Of a DNA stretch of 64,000 bases, positions 1 to 10,948 are shown piece by piece; within the stretch, counting starts at the first letter, position 1, and the number at the start of each line of letters is the position of its first letter. The translations under genes were made by a program, and so were the position numbers. Source of the DNA: an uncultured Candidatus Rokubacteria bacterium (GTDB taxonomy: Bacteria > Methylomirabilota > Methylomirabilia > Rokubacteriales > CSP1-6); the NCBI GenBank assembly GCA_963747235.1, contig CAVVEU010000024.1, positions 704,001 through 768,000 of the forward strand, given 5' to 3'. The notes beneath the pieces were generated by a model. It saw only the letters and a program-made list of their open reading frames with translations. It was not told the origin of the DNA and made no database searches.

Positions 1-676
1 CCACGCGCTCGCGCAGCCCCTTGGCCCACGCGGTGCGCACGTAGTCCTGGCGCAGCACCTCGAGGAGCGTGCCGCGGGTCAGGCGCATGATCGCGGCGGC
101 GGAGGCGATGCCCAGGATGAAGGCGGGCAGCAGGAACTGAGCGAAGTGGGCCCACGGATCCGCCGAGAAGGCGGTGAACTGGATGGGCGGGCTCCAGCCC
201 CACCAGATCGCGGGGAGCAGCACGCACAGGGTGGCGATCCAGAAACCCGGCACCGAGAGCCCGAGGATGGCCAGGCTGCGCATGGCGTAGTCGGCCAGGG
301 TGTCCTGGCGGATCGCGGCGAGCACCCCGATCGGGACCGCGATGACGATCGCGAAGAACAGGGCCAGCACGCCCAGCTCGAGGCTGATGGGCAGGCGGCG
401 CGCCAGCTCCTCCAGCACCGGGCGCTTGGTCCAGAGCGACTCGCCCAGGTCGCCGCGCGTCACCTGGCCGAGCCACTCCACGTACTGGATGTACATCGGC
501 CGGTTCAGGCCGAGCTTGGCGCGGAGGTCGTCGAGGTCCTTGCCGTAGGCCTTCTCCTCGAGCATGAGCTGCACGACGTCGCCCGGGATCAGCCGAGGCA
601 GGCTGAAGACGATGAGGGAGGCGATCAGCAGCGACGGGATCGCCACCAGCAGACGGCGCAGGACGTAGCGCTTCAC
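1..676 (-). CDS. Peptide/nickel ABC transporter permease (DppB/OppB family), running off the window start
   Basis: Minus-strand translation from GTG at 676: MKRYVLRRLLVAIPSLLIASLIVFSLPRLIPGDVV...; typical DppB N-terminus; lies downstream of the family-5 SBP genes. Confidence 0.85.
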   Translation of the reverse strand, partial: MKRYVLRRLLVAIPSLLIASLIVFSLPRLIPGDVVQLMLEEKAYGKDLDDLRAKLGLNRPMYIQYVEWLGQVTRGDLGESLWTKRPVLEELARRLPISLELGVLALFFAIVIAVPIGVLAAIRQDTLADYAMRSLAILGLSVPGFWIATLCVLLPAIWWGWSPPIQFTAFSADPWAHFAQFLLPAFILGIASAAAIMRLTRGTLLEVLRQDYVRTAWAKGLRERV

Positions 677-754
677 GTCACGCGGCCTTGTTGGCCTTGC
701 GCGTGGTAGGGCGACCGGTCCTGTGGGCGGCGCGCGTGGTAATGCGACGCCCTA

Positions 755-2408
755 TTATTTATCCAGCCACGCGACCATGAGGCGGCCGCCGTAGTCGTGG
801 CCGATGTTCGGGCCGAAGTTCTTGACGTAGGGCATCCAGGCGCCGACCGCGCTCACCGAGGGGCCGTAGCCGTAGTAGACCTGCTGGGAGGCGTAGCGCT
901 GGATGTCGTAGACGATCTCGCGCCGCTTCTTGTCGTCGAAGGTGCGGCGCTGGAGCTTGATCATCTCGGTGAGCTTCGGATCGTTGACCCCGGAGGAGTT
1001 GAGCGGCTCGCCGGGCAGGAACGGGGTGAAGTAGGTGTCGGGGTCGGTGGTGCCCCCGCGCAGGGTCACCATGCTCTTCTCGAACTTGCCGAAGATCGCG
1101 CTCGAGACGAAGGCGCCGTACTCCTTGAGCTTGAGGTCGCGCCTCGATCCCGCCCTGCTTCCAGTTGCGGAGCGCCACCTGCACCGCGTCCATCCAGTCC
1201 GGCCCGTAGCCGGGCGTGGTCTCGACCGGGACCTTGAGGCCGCTGGGATGGCCGGCCTCGGCGAGCAGCCGCTTGGCCCCGGCGGGGTCGAACTCGTAGA
1301 GCTTGCGCCCCTCCGCGGGGAGCTGGTCGATCGGGATCGACCACTCCTTGAGCGCGGCCGGGATGAGCGGGTTCGGCGCGCCCTTGCCCTGCGACCAGGC
1401 ATTGGTCTCGAGCATCTCCCGCCAGTCCTGGGCCATCGCGAAGGCCCGGCGCACCCGCACGTCCTTGAACGGCTCCTGGTCGAGCTTCATCGCGGTGTAG
1501 CCGCCGAACACCACGATGTAGTCCCGCATGCCGAGCCCCTTGACGCGCCGGAGCGCGATGTCGAGGTCGCTGCGGCGGATCACCATGCCGTACTCCGGGC
1601 CGAAGTCGAACTCGCCGGACGAGGAACTGGGCGAAGGCGGCCGCGGGGTCCGTGGAGATCGTGATGTCCACCCCGTCCGCGTAGGGCAGCCCCGGCACGA
1701 AGTAGTTCGGGTTGCGGACGAACGTCATCCGGACGTTGGGCTCGTAGCTCTGGAACATCCAGGGGCCGGTGCCGACCACGCTCTCCGGCTTCTTGAGATC
1801 GCCGTACTGGTCCACGCACTCCTTGGCGATGATCCAGGTGGACGTCGAGGCCAGCCGGTCGACGAACCAGGCGTTGGGCTCGCGCAGGGTGAACTTCACG
1901 GTGTACTTGTCGAGGGCCTCGACCTTGTCGACCATCTCGAGGATGGCACTTGTTGGCGTTGCCCTTGATGGTGAGGAAGCGGTCGTAGGTGTAGCGCACG
2001 TCCTCGGCGGTCAGCTCCCGGCCGTTGACCGGGGGCTTGTTGTGCCAGCGAACGCCCTTCTTGAGCTTGAACACGTAGACGGTGTCGCCCTGCCGCTCCC
2101 ACGACTCCGCGAGGTCGCCCTCGATCGGCTGGGTGCCGGGCACCACCGCCGAGCCGCCCTTGACCTTGACGAGGCGGCTGTAGGCGAACGACAGCGGGAT
2201 CATGGTCGAGAAGGCGATGGTCTGCTGCGGGTCGAAGTGCACCGGCGGCACGTGGGAGCGCAGGCGGAACCGGCCCCCGCGCTTCGGGGTCTGGGCCTCC
2301 GCCGGCCGGGCGCCGGCCAGGACGAGCGAGGTGGCGCCGACCGCGAGGGCGGCGCCACCCAGCTTGAGCACGTCACGACGGGTCAGCGACGAGGCCGAGC
2401 TGATCCAT
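755..2408 (-). CDS. ABC transporter substrate-binding protein, family 5, Tat-like signal (frameshifted)
   Basis: Pieces in ORFs 1580-2371, 1066-1935, 759-1586 and 755-1402: LTRRDVLK signal, GDLAESW, GVRWHNKPPVNGRELTAEDV, VGTGPW, C-terminal YGGRLMVAWLDK. Confidence 0.85.
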
Positions 2409-2429
2409 GGCGAGTCTCCTTGTCGTCGG

Positions 2430-4104
2430 CTACCGGTCGAGCCAGGCGGCCATCAGGCGGCCGCCGTAGTCGTAGCCGAGGTTCGGGCGCGTAGTTCTTC
2501 ACGCGCGCCGTCCCAGACCGCGACGTACGACGCCGGACGGGCGTCTAGCACGTAGTACTGCTGCTTGGCGAGATGGCGCTGGATGTCGTAGAGGATCTCG
2601 CGGCGCTTGGCCGGGTCCAAGGTGCGGCGCTGGCGGACGAGCAGGTCGGTGACGCATCGGGGTCGTTGACGTGGCCAGGTTCTGGGGCTCGCCCGGGTAG
2701 TACGGGCCGTAGAGGAAGTTGTCGGGGTCGAGGAACGGGCGTCTGCGGGGCCGAAGGCCATCGACGTCGAACGTTGCCGTAGAACGTGGTCGAGATGAAG
2801 GCGCCGTACTCCTTCTGGTTCGAGCTTGGCCTCGATGCCCACGTCCTTCAGGTACTTGAGGACGAGCTGGCATGGTCCATCGAGCACGGTGGAGCCGTAG
2901 GTCGTCGAAGCTCATGGTGACCGGGAAGCCGCTGCGGGAGGCCCGCCTCGGCGAGGAGCTGCTGGGCCTCGCGCGGGATCGTACTTGTAGTACTGCGCGC
3001 CCTCGCCGAGCTGGCTCGACGGGAGCGACCACTCCTTGAGCGCGGCGGCACCGCCGGGTTGCAGACGTGCCGACGCCCTCGTAGGTCGCGTCGATGACGC
3101 CCTTGCGGTCCAGCGCCATGCGACATCGCCCGCCGCACGCGCACGTCGTTGAAGGGCTGGCTTGTCCGCGCGCATGTAGACGTGGCTCATCGACGTTGGC
3201 CGGGAACTCCGTCGGTCTGGAGCCGGGGCCGCTTCTGCTTCAGCACGTCCTTGAGCTGCACCCAGTCGGTGCGGTTGATGGTGCCGGGGATCTCCCAGCC
3301 GATGTCGTACTTGCCGCGAGATGAAGGCGGCGATGCGCGAGGCGTTGTCCTCGTCGACCGTGACCTCGACGCGGTCGATGTAGGGCAGGCCCGGGCGGAA
3401 GTAGGTCGGGTTGCGGACGAAGGTCAGCCGACGTTGGGGCGGTAGCTGTCGAGCATCCACGGGCCGGTGCCGACCACCGCCTCGGGCTTCTTGAGATCGC
3501 CGAACTTGTCGACGCACCTCCTTGGCCACGATGGCAGACGGCCATCGGGTTCAGGCGAGCATGTCGAGGAACCAGGCGAAGGGCTCCTTCAGGGTGAACC
3601 GGACGGTGTAGCTGTCGAGCGCCTCGACCTGGTCGACCGACGTCAGCATGTAGCGCGGTTGGAGTTGCCCTTGACCGTTGATGAAGCGCTCGATGCTGTA
3701 CACGACGTCGTCGGCGGTCAGCTCGCGGCCGTTCACCGGCGGCTTGTTGTGCCAGCGCACGCCGCGGCGGAGCTTGAACACGTAGGTGGTCTCGTTGGGC
3801 TGGGTCCAGGACTCGGCGAGGTCGCCCTCGAGCGGAGCGTCCCCGGCGCGACGCGCGGGCCCGCCTTGTGGCGGACGCAGCCGGCTGTGGGTGAAGGTGA
3901 GCACGATGTGCGTCTTGTACGGAGACTGATGAGCATGCGGATCGAAGTGGGGCGGATCCCAGCAGGCGGAGGCTGAGGGTGCCGCCGCGCTTCGGGCGTC
4001 TGGGCGCGCGCGATGGACGGGGCGCCCAGGACGGCGGCGGCCCCGCCGCTGAGCTTGAGAAGGTCGCGGCGGCTCAGCGGGAGACGGGTATGGTCCGGCG
4101 TCAT
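2430..4104 (-). CDS. ABC transporter substrate-binding protein, family 5, Tat-like signal (heavily frameshifted)
   Basis: Start MTPDHTRLPLSRRDLLK at 4104; same motifs as its neighbours spread over several frames; ends ...AAWLDR* at 2430. Confidence 0.8.
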
Positions 4105-4162
4105 CCGTATTCCTCCAGTCGTCGTTGACATCGAGATAACGGACAGCGGTGGCAGCGTTCGC

Positions 4163-4191
4163 CATCTGGCGGGAAACGCCTCCGATGTCAC
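4163..4191 (-). promoter_or_regulatory. Putative sigma70 promoter of SBP copy 2
   Basis: Minus strand GTGACA-17 nt-CAGATG; homologous to the promoter at 5938-5966. Confidence 0.45.
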
Positions 4192-4203
4192 GAATTCTGC
4201 TCG

Positions 4204-5874
4204 CTAGCGATCGAGCCAGGCGGCCATGAGCCGGCCGCCGTAGTCGTAGCCCAGGTTCGGGCCGTAGTTCTTCAGCGCGCCGTCCCAGACCGCGACGTAG
4301 ATCGCCGGACCGGATCTGCACGTAGTACTGCTGCTTGGCGAGGTAGCGCTGGATCTCGAAGATGATCTCGCGGCGCTTGGCCGGGTCCATGCGTGCGGCG
4401 CTGGCGGACGAGCATGTCGGCCACGCACCGGGTCGTTGATGTGGCCGTGGTTCTTGATCTCGCCCGGGTAGTACTGGCCGTAGAGGAAGTTGTCCGGCTC
4501 CAGGAACGGGTCTGGGGCCCGAAGGCCATCGACGTCGTACTTGCCGTAGAACGTGGTCGCGATGTAGGCCCCGTACTCCTTGGTGTTCGAGCTTGGCGTC
4601 GATGCCCACGTCCTTCAGGTTCTTCAGCACGAGCTGGCAGATGTCGATCGAGGACCTGGGAGCCGTAGGTGGTGAAGTCCATCGTGGCCTGGAAGCCCTT
4701 CGGATGGCCGGCCTCGGCCAGGAGCTTGCGGGCCGCCGCGGGATCGTACTTGAAGTACTGCGCGCCCTCGCCGAGCTGGTCGACCGGGACCGACCACTCC
4801 TTGAGCGCGGCCGGCACCGCCGGGTTGAGCACGCCCGACGCCCTCGCACACCGCGTCGATGATGCCCTTGCCGGTCGATGGCCAGCGACATGGCCCGGCG
4901 CACGCGCACGTCGTTGAACGGCGGCTTGTCGGTGCGGATGTAGATGTGGCTCATGACGTTGGCGGGAAGTCGATGGTCTTCAGGCTCGGCCGCCGCTGCT
5001 TGAGCGTGTCCTTGATCTGCACCCAGTCCGCGCGGTTGATCGCGCCCGGGAACTCCCAGCCGAGGTCGTACTTGCCCGCGATGAAGGCGGCCATGCGCGA
5101 GGCGTTGTCCTCGTCCACGAAGACCTCGACCTTGTCGATGTGGGGGAGGCCCGCGACGAAGTAGCTCGGGTTGCGCACGAAGCGTGAATGCCCACGTTGG
5201 GCCGGTAGCTGTCGAGCATCCACGGGCCGGTGCCCACCGTGGCCTCGGGCTTCTTGAGGTCGCCGAACTTCTCCACGCACTCCTTGGCCACGATGCGGCA
5301 CCGCGTGCGGGTTGGCCAGGATGTCGAGGAACCAGACGTAGGGCTCCTTCAGGGTGAACCGGACGGTGTACTTGTCGAGCGCCTCGACCGGTCGAGCGAC
5401 GGCCAGCATGTAGGCGTTGGCGTTGCCCTTGACGGTGCGGAAGCGCTCCACCGAGTAGAGGACGTCGTCGGCCGTCACCTCGCGGCCGTTGACCGGCGGC
5501 TTGTTGTGCCAGCGCACGCCGCGGCGCAGCTTGAAGACGTAGGTGGTCTCGTTGGGCTGGGTCCAGGACTCGGCGAGGTCGCCCTCGATGCGGGAAGGTG
5601 CCGGGCGCCACCCCGGGCCCGACCTTGTGCTTGAGCAGCCGGCTGTGGGTGAACGAGTACGCGATGTGCGTCTTGTACGAGACGGTGAGGTGCGGGTCCC
5701 AGTGCGGCGGGTCCCAGAGCCGCAGGTTCAGAGTCCCGCCCCGCTTGGGCGTCTGGGCCCGATGCGGCGGGAGGCGCGATCGCGGGGGCCAGAGCGGAGG
5801 CCGGCGAGGGCGCCCCCTCCGAGCTTCAGCAGATCACGGCGGCTCAGCGGGAGACGGGCGAGGTCCGGAGTCAT
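4204..5874 (-). CDS. ABC transporter substrate-binding protein, family 5, Tat-like signal (heavily frameshifted)
   Basis: Start MTPDLARLPLSRRDLLK at 5874; RWHNKPPVNGREVTADDV, VGTGPW; C-terminus YDYGGRLMAAWLDR*. Confidence 0.8.
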
Positions 5875-5937
5875 CCGCAGTCCTCCCGAGTCGTCGTTGA
5901 CGTTGAGAGACGGTACCGAAGGCCATGGATTTGCGAC

Positions 5938-5966
5938 AATCTGGAGGGAAACCCGGCCGATGTCAA
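5938..5966 (-). promoter_or_regulatory. Putative sigma70 promoter of SBP copy 3
   Basis: Minus strand TTGACA-17 nt-CAGATT, upstream of a GGAGG Shine-Dalgarno. Confidence 0.55.
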
Positions 5967-5977
5967 GCTGAGGGCCG

Positions 5978-6838
5978 TCAGCCCTTGAGGTGCCTCTCGA
6001 AGAAGGCCAGGCAGCGCTTCCAGGCGTCCTCGCTGGCTTCCTTCTTGTAGACCTGCGGCCGGTCGTCGGAGAAGAACGCGTGGGGCGCGTCGGGGTAGAG
6101 GATGAACTCGACGTTCGCGTTGCCCACCTTCCGCAGCTCGGCCTCGAAGCTCCGGACGTCGGCGGAGGGGATGCCGGGGTCGGCGTCGCCGTAGAGGCCG
6201 AGCACGGGCGCCTTGATCCGGCTCACCAGGCTGAAGGCGTCCACGCCGGGCGCGTCCGAGTAGACGCGCTTGACCTGCCCGTACCACGGCACCGCCGCGG
6301 TCACGCCGGGATACTCGGCGGCGGTGTGCAGCGTGAGCGCGCCGCCCCCGCAGAAGCCGGTGACCCCGAGGCGGTCGGCCCGCGCCCAGGACTGCTGCTT
6401 GGCGTGGTCGGCGGCGGCCCGGATGTCGCTCAGGTACTGGGCCCGCGTGACCCGGCCCGCGATCTGGCCCATCTCCTGGAAGTTCTTGCCCTGCATGCCG
6501 CCCTCGCGGGAGTACAGCTCGGGAGCGATCGCGTAGTAGCCGGCCTGGGCGAAGCGGCGCACCACGTCCTTGTGCTGCTCGGAGTTGCCGGTGAAGCCGG
6601 AGATGACGACCACGATGGGATAGCGGCCGGCCGCCTCGGGGCGGGCGTCGTAGGCGGGGATCGTGGCGCCGGCCGACGAGAGCTGCCCGCTCGACGAAAT
6701 CTGGATGTCCCGGGCGATGATCCCCTTGCTATCGGTCGTGATGGCCTGGGCCAGCACGACGCCCGGCGTGAGCACGCCTCCGACGGTGGTGAAGGCGCCG
6801 TACTTCAGAACCTCGCGACGGCTGAGCGGATTGGCCAT
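5978..6838 (-). CDS. Dienelactone hydrolase family protein with Tat-like signal
   Basis: GFCGGG nucleophile motif, GLYGDADPGI and YPDAPHAF motifs; N-terminal LSRREVLK. Confidence 0.9.
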   Translation of the reverse strand: MANPLSRREVLKYGAFTTVGGVLTPGVVLAQAITTDSKGIIARDIQISSSGQLSSAGATIPAYDARPEAAGRYPIVVVISGFTGNSEQHKDVVRRFAQAGYYAIAPELYSREGGMQGKNFQEMGQIAGRVTRAQYLSDIRAAADHAKQQSWARADRLGVTGFCGGGALTLHTAAEYPGVTAAVPWYGQVKRVYSDAPGVDAFSLVSRIKAPVLGLYGDADPGIPSADVRSFEAELRKVGNANVEFILYPDAPHAFFSDDRPQVYKKEASEDAWKRCLAFFERHLKG

Positions 6839-6890
6839 GGGTGTCCTCCCTGGCCAGATCTAACTCGCCGGAGCCGGGCCCGGTTCCCGC

Positions 6891-8850
6891 TCAGGCCGCG
6901 ACGAGCCGCTCGAGCCTCACGCGCGTCTCGCCGTACGCCGCCATCTGGCCGAAGTTGGACATGATGTCCTCGGTCAGCACGTTGGCGCCCCCGCCGCGCT
7001 TGATCCAGGTACCGACCGGCATGATGACCATGCCGCGCCCGATCCGCGCGTCCACGAGCACCAGGACCTCCAGGTGACCGACGGGGGAGCGGATGATCGC
7101 GCGCTCGCCGCTCTCGATGCCGTACTGCCGGGCGGTCTCGGCGCTGATGCGGATCGAGGCGATGGACGGGTGCTCCTTCTCGAGGATCTGGGAGAGGAGC
7201 CACTTCTTGCTGTAGTTGGTCACGAGCGTGAGCGGATAGTCCGGCACCACGCGCGGCGCGTGGTCGAGCTTGGTGATGAACTCGAAGCGGCCCGACTTGG
7301 TCGGGTAGACGTGATCCGCGAAGGGCACCATGGGCGCCACCGGGCAGCGCACCGGGCCTTCCATGACCTGGTCGATGCTCACCCCGCGCTTGGTGAGCGG
7401 GGTGAAGATGCGCGAGAGCCAGTCGCGCGGGGCGCCCGCCATCTCGGGGCCGATGCCCAGGCGGTCGGCGAGCTGCTGGAAGATCGTGAGGTCGGAGCGC
7501 GCCTCGCCCACCGGCTCGATCACCCGGTTCACCCCGCCGATGATGTTGTGCCCCCACGACACCAGCATGTCCTCCTCCTCGAGGAAGGTGGTGGTGGGGA
7601 GGAACACGTGGGCGTAGTCGGTGGTGTCGGTGAGCACCTGGTCCACCACCACGATGAACTCCAGGCCGGCCAGGGCCTGCGCGACCCGGTTCGAGTTGGG
7701 CGACTGGTTCACCGGGTTGCCGCTGTTGACGAACATCATGCGGACCGGCGGCTGCTGCGCCTCCAGGAGCCCGCGGCCGAGCAGGGGCTCCGGGATCGCG
7801 CGATGATGCGTGGCGCGGTCGGCGGCCTCCACCGTCTTGTCGAAGTGCCGCTGGGTGTTGTAGCCGTGCGAGACGCCGCCGCCCGGCACCCCGATGTGGC
7901 CGCAGAGGGCGCCGAGGGCGTCCACGCAGCGGAACATCTCCGCGCTGTGCTGGTACTTGTTGAGGCCCCACCCGAGGAGGACGGACGCGGGCTTGGTGCG
8001 TCGCGTATTCCCGCGCGAGCGCCCGGATCGTCTCTTCCGTCAGCTCGCACGCGGCGGCCAGCTCGGCGAGCGGCCGGGCGTCGAGCAGCGCGCGGTACTC
8101 CGCGAAGCCGTGCGCGTGCCGCTCGAGGTACCCGCGGTCCTCGAGGCCCTCCTCGAGGATGACCTTGGCCATGGCCATCGCGAGCTCCGCGTCGGTGGCC
8201 ACGCGCGGCTGCACGTGCTCGTCGCAGAAGTTCGCCGACTCGCTCCGCACCGGGTCGATCAGGATGACGCGGCCGCCGCGCTTGCGGATCTCCTTGAGGA
8301 TCGGCACCGTGTGGAGGTTGGTGGCCATCGGGTTGCGGCCCCAGAGCAGCACGAGGCGGCTGTTGAGCATGTCGGACGGGTCGTGGCCGGCGCGCACGCC
8401 GAAGTCGAGGGCCTGCCCGGCCCGCGCGGCGCCGCTACAGAGCGAGCCGCTCGTGGTGGTCACCCCGCCCAGCAGGTTCCAGAAGCGCCGGCTCAGGAGC
8501 TTGGTGGCGCCCCAGGAGCCGGTGCGCTGGTAGTGCATGATGGACAGCGGGCCCGGGTCGGCCAGGTAGCCGCGGATCTTGTCCGCCACCAGGTCGAGCG
8601 CCTCGTCCCACGTGATCCGATCCCAGCCGCCGTCCGTCCGGCCGTTGCTCCGCTTGAGCGGATGGAGCTGACGCTCCGGGCTGTAGACGCGCTCCGGGAA
8701 GCGATAGGTCTTGCCGCAGAGGTAGCCCTGGGTGAACTCGTGATCGGGATGGCCCTCGAGCTTCACGACGCGCCCGTCCTTCACGTGGGCGATGATCCCG
8801 CAGCCGTCCGGGCAGTCCAGCGTGCACGAGGTGTAGATCTTCTGTTCCAT
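6891..8850 (-). CDS. Molybdopterin-dependent oxidoreductase (DMSO reductase/formate dehydrogenase superfamily); frameshift near 8000
   Basis: N-terminal CTLDCPDGC...LCGK Fe-S motif in ORF 6805-8850; continues in ORF 6891-7937 with TDTTDYAHVFLPTTTFLE and a C-terminal molybdopterin-dinucleotide-binding domain. Confidence 0.85.
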
Positions 8851-8851
8851 C

Positions 8852-9538
8852 CTAGGGAACTCTCCTGGTCCGGGATGACCGCCGACCCCGGCGGGGCCGG
8901 GTCGGCGCGGGGGGCGCCGGCGCCTTCCACCAGCCGTACTCGCGTCCGGGCCCGCGGCCGGGCGCGGCGACCATCAGCACCTTGGCGTCCACGCGCCCGA
9001 CGTTCTTGCCCATGTGCGGGATCTCGGCGTTGAAGTAGAGGCAGTCACCCGTCTTGAGCGGGATCTTCTCGTCGCCGAGCTGGAAGAGGATCTCGCCCTG
9101 CAGGACGAACGACAGCTCCTCGCCCTCGTGCGCGGTCAGCACGTCGGCCCGGTTCTTGACCGGGAACGTCAGCACGAAGGCGTCCATGCGCTGCCCGGGC
9201 CAGCCCACCGCCATCGGCTGATACGTGTAGCCGGTCGCGGGCACGTCCTGGGGCGGCCGCCGCTCGGCCGCGCGCACCAGCGCGTAGTGCTGCGTGGTGG
9301 TCGTGCCGGACACGCCCTGGAAGAGCTGTCCCAGGTCGATGCCGACGGTGCGGGTGATGAGGATGAGATTGGCGATCGAGGTCGAGACGCGGCCGCGCTC
9401 GAGCCGCGACAGGAACGGCTCGGAGAGCCCGGTCTTCTCGCTGAGCGCGCGCAGGGTGAGGCGCTGCGTCCGGCGCGCTTCCCGGAGGCGTGCCGCCACC
9501 GCGTCCACCAGCTGCCTCGTTTCTGGGCTTTCGTCCAA
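8852..9538 (-). CDS. XRE-family HTH transcriptional regulator with cupin domain
   Basis: LTLRALSEKTGLSEPFLSRLERG HTH; HEGEELSFVLQG and GDCLYFNAEIPH cupin motifs; start probably TTG 9538. Confidence 0.88.
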   Translation of the reverse strand: MDESPETRQLVDAVAARLREARRTQRLTLRALSEKTGLSEPFLSRLERGRVSTSIANLILITRTVGIDLGQLFQGVSGTTTTQHYALVRAAERRPPQDVPATGYTYQPMAVGWPGQRMDAFVLTFPVKNRADVLTAHEGEELSFVLQGEILFQLGDEKIPLKTGDCLYFNAEIPHMGKNVGRVDAKVLMVAAPGRGPGREYGWWKAPAPPAPTRPRRGRRSSRTRRVP

Positions 9539-9662
9539 AGCAATCTCCGCTTGCCTGAGAGGAAACCACTCGGCTATGCTCCCTGTCAAGCGCGGAGAAT
9601 CGTCTTGACTCTCTCCGCGCATTTGCTTTACTCGGCGCAACACGACCACGAGGAGGTTCCGC

Positions 9663-10877
9663 ATGCGTGTCCCCCGTCTCCTGTCCCTCATGGCGGCCGC
9701 CCTCTTGCTCACGCTCGGGGCCGGCTCCGCCACGGCCCAGGCGCCGATCAAGCTCGGCGACATCAACACCTATAGCGGCATCGGCGCGCCGTTCACCGGG
9801 CCCTACCGCGTCGGCGTCGAGATGGCCGTCGAGGAGATCAACGCCAAGGGAGGCGTGCTCGGCCGCAAGGTCGAGGTCCTGTTCCGCGACGACAAGGCCC
9901 AGCCCGCGGAGGCGGTCAAGCACGCCCAGGAGCTGGTCGAGTCCGACAAGGTCGCGATGATCACCGGGAGCTTCCTCTCCAACGTGGGGCTCGCGGTCTC
10001 GGACTGGGCCAAGCAGAACAAGACCATGTTCCTGGCCTCCGAGTCGCTGACCGAGGCGCTCACCTGGTCCAAGGGGCACGACCACGCGGTGCGCCTGCGC
10101 CCCAACACCTACGAGCAGGGGCGCATGCTGGCCGACAAGGCCGGCAAGATGAAGTACGTGAAGTGGGCCACCATCGGCCCCAACTACGAGTACGGCAAGC
10201 GGGCGTGGGAGACCTTCCGGGACCGGCTCAAGGAGCTGAAGCCCGACGTGCAGATGGTGGGCGAGCACTGGCCGACGCTCGGCAAGATCGAGCCGGGCCC
10301 GCTCGTCACCGCGATCCTGAACCAGAACCCGGACGCGCTCTACGTCTCGCTCTTCGGCAGCGACTGGCTCGCGTTCGTGCGCGAGGCCGGCAAGCGCGGG
10401 CTCTTCCAGAAGATGTTCGTGGTCGGCATCCTGCTCGGCGAGCCCGAGTACATCGACCCGCTGAAGCTCGAGGCGCCCGAGGGCATGCTGGTCACCGGCT
10501 ATCCCTGGTACGACGTGAAGACCGCCGGGCACCAGGAGTGGGTGGCGCGCTACATCAAGCGCGGCGACAAGACGCCGGTGCTCGGCTCGCTCATCGGCTA
10601 CATCACCTACCTGTCGGTGGCCGAGGCCATCAAGAAGGCGGGCAGCACCGAGACGCCCAAGCTGGTGGCCGCCTTCAAGGGCCTGAAGGTCGAGACCCCG
10701 ATGGGGCCGATCATGTTCCGCGCCGCCGACGGGCAGTCCACGATGGGCGCGTGGGTGGGGACGACCAAGCTCGATCCCCAGCGCGGCGTCGGCATCATGG
10801 TGAACCACGAGTACGTGCCGGGCGAGAAGGTGCTGCCGACCGAAGAAGAAGCCAAGAAGCTCCGCCCCGCCAATTAA
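9663..10877 (+). CDS. Branched-chain amino acid-type ABC transporter substrate-binding protein
   Basis: Signal peptide, AVEEINAKGGVLGRKVEVLFRDD motif; GAGGAGG RBS. Confidence 0.9.
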   Translation: MRVPRLLSLMAAALLLTLGAGSATAQAPIKLGDINTYSGIGAPFTGPYRVGVEMAVEEINAKGGVLGRKVEVLFRDDKAQPAEAVKHAQELVESDKVAMITGSFLSNVGLAVSDWAKQNKTMFLASESLTEALTWSKGHDHAVRLRPNTYEQGRMLADKAGKMKYVKWATIGPNYEYGKRAWETFRDRLKELKPDVQMVGEHWPTLGKIEPGPLVTAILNQNPDALYVSLFGSDWLAFVREAGKRGLFQKMFVVGILLGEPEYIDPLKLEAPEGMLVTGYPWYDVKTAGHQEWVARYIKRGDKTPVLGSLIGYITYLSVAEAIKKAGSTETPKLVAAFKGLKVETPMGPIMFRAADGQSTMGAWVGTTKLDPQRGVGIMVNHEYVPGEKVLPTEEEAKKLRPAN

Positions 10878-10878
10878 G

Positions 10879-10936
10879 ACCACCCCTCACTCGATCGCCC
10901 TCTCCCCCGATCCGGGGGAGCGGGCAGGGTGAGGGG
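10879..10936. repeat. REP-like palindromic repeat, family 1 (CCCCTCACCCTGCCCTCTCCC...GGGAGAGGG)
   Basis: Hairpin related to the copies at 14251-14290 and 17093-17127. Confidence 0.75.
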
Positions 10937-10948
10937 ACCGACGGCGTC

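Noticed and set aside
699-748. Imperfect direct repeat gcgcgtggta..gcgac, two copies
   Set aside because: Short, GC-rich and only two copies; no further support for a function.
755-5874. Mass pseudogenisation or programmed frameshifting of the SBP genes
   Set aside because: Single-base indels also hit conserved genes such as queA and dppC while motifs stay intact, which fits long-read consensus error.
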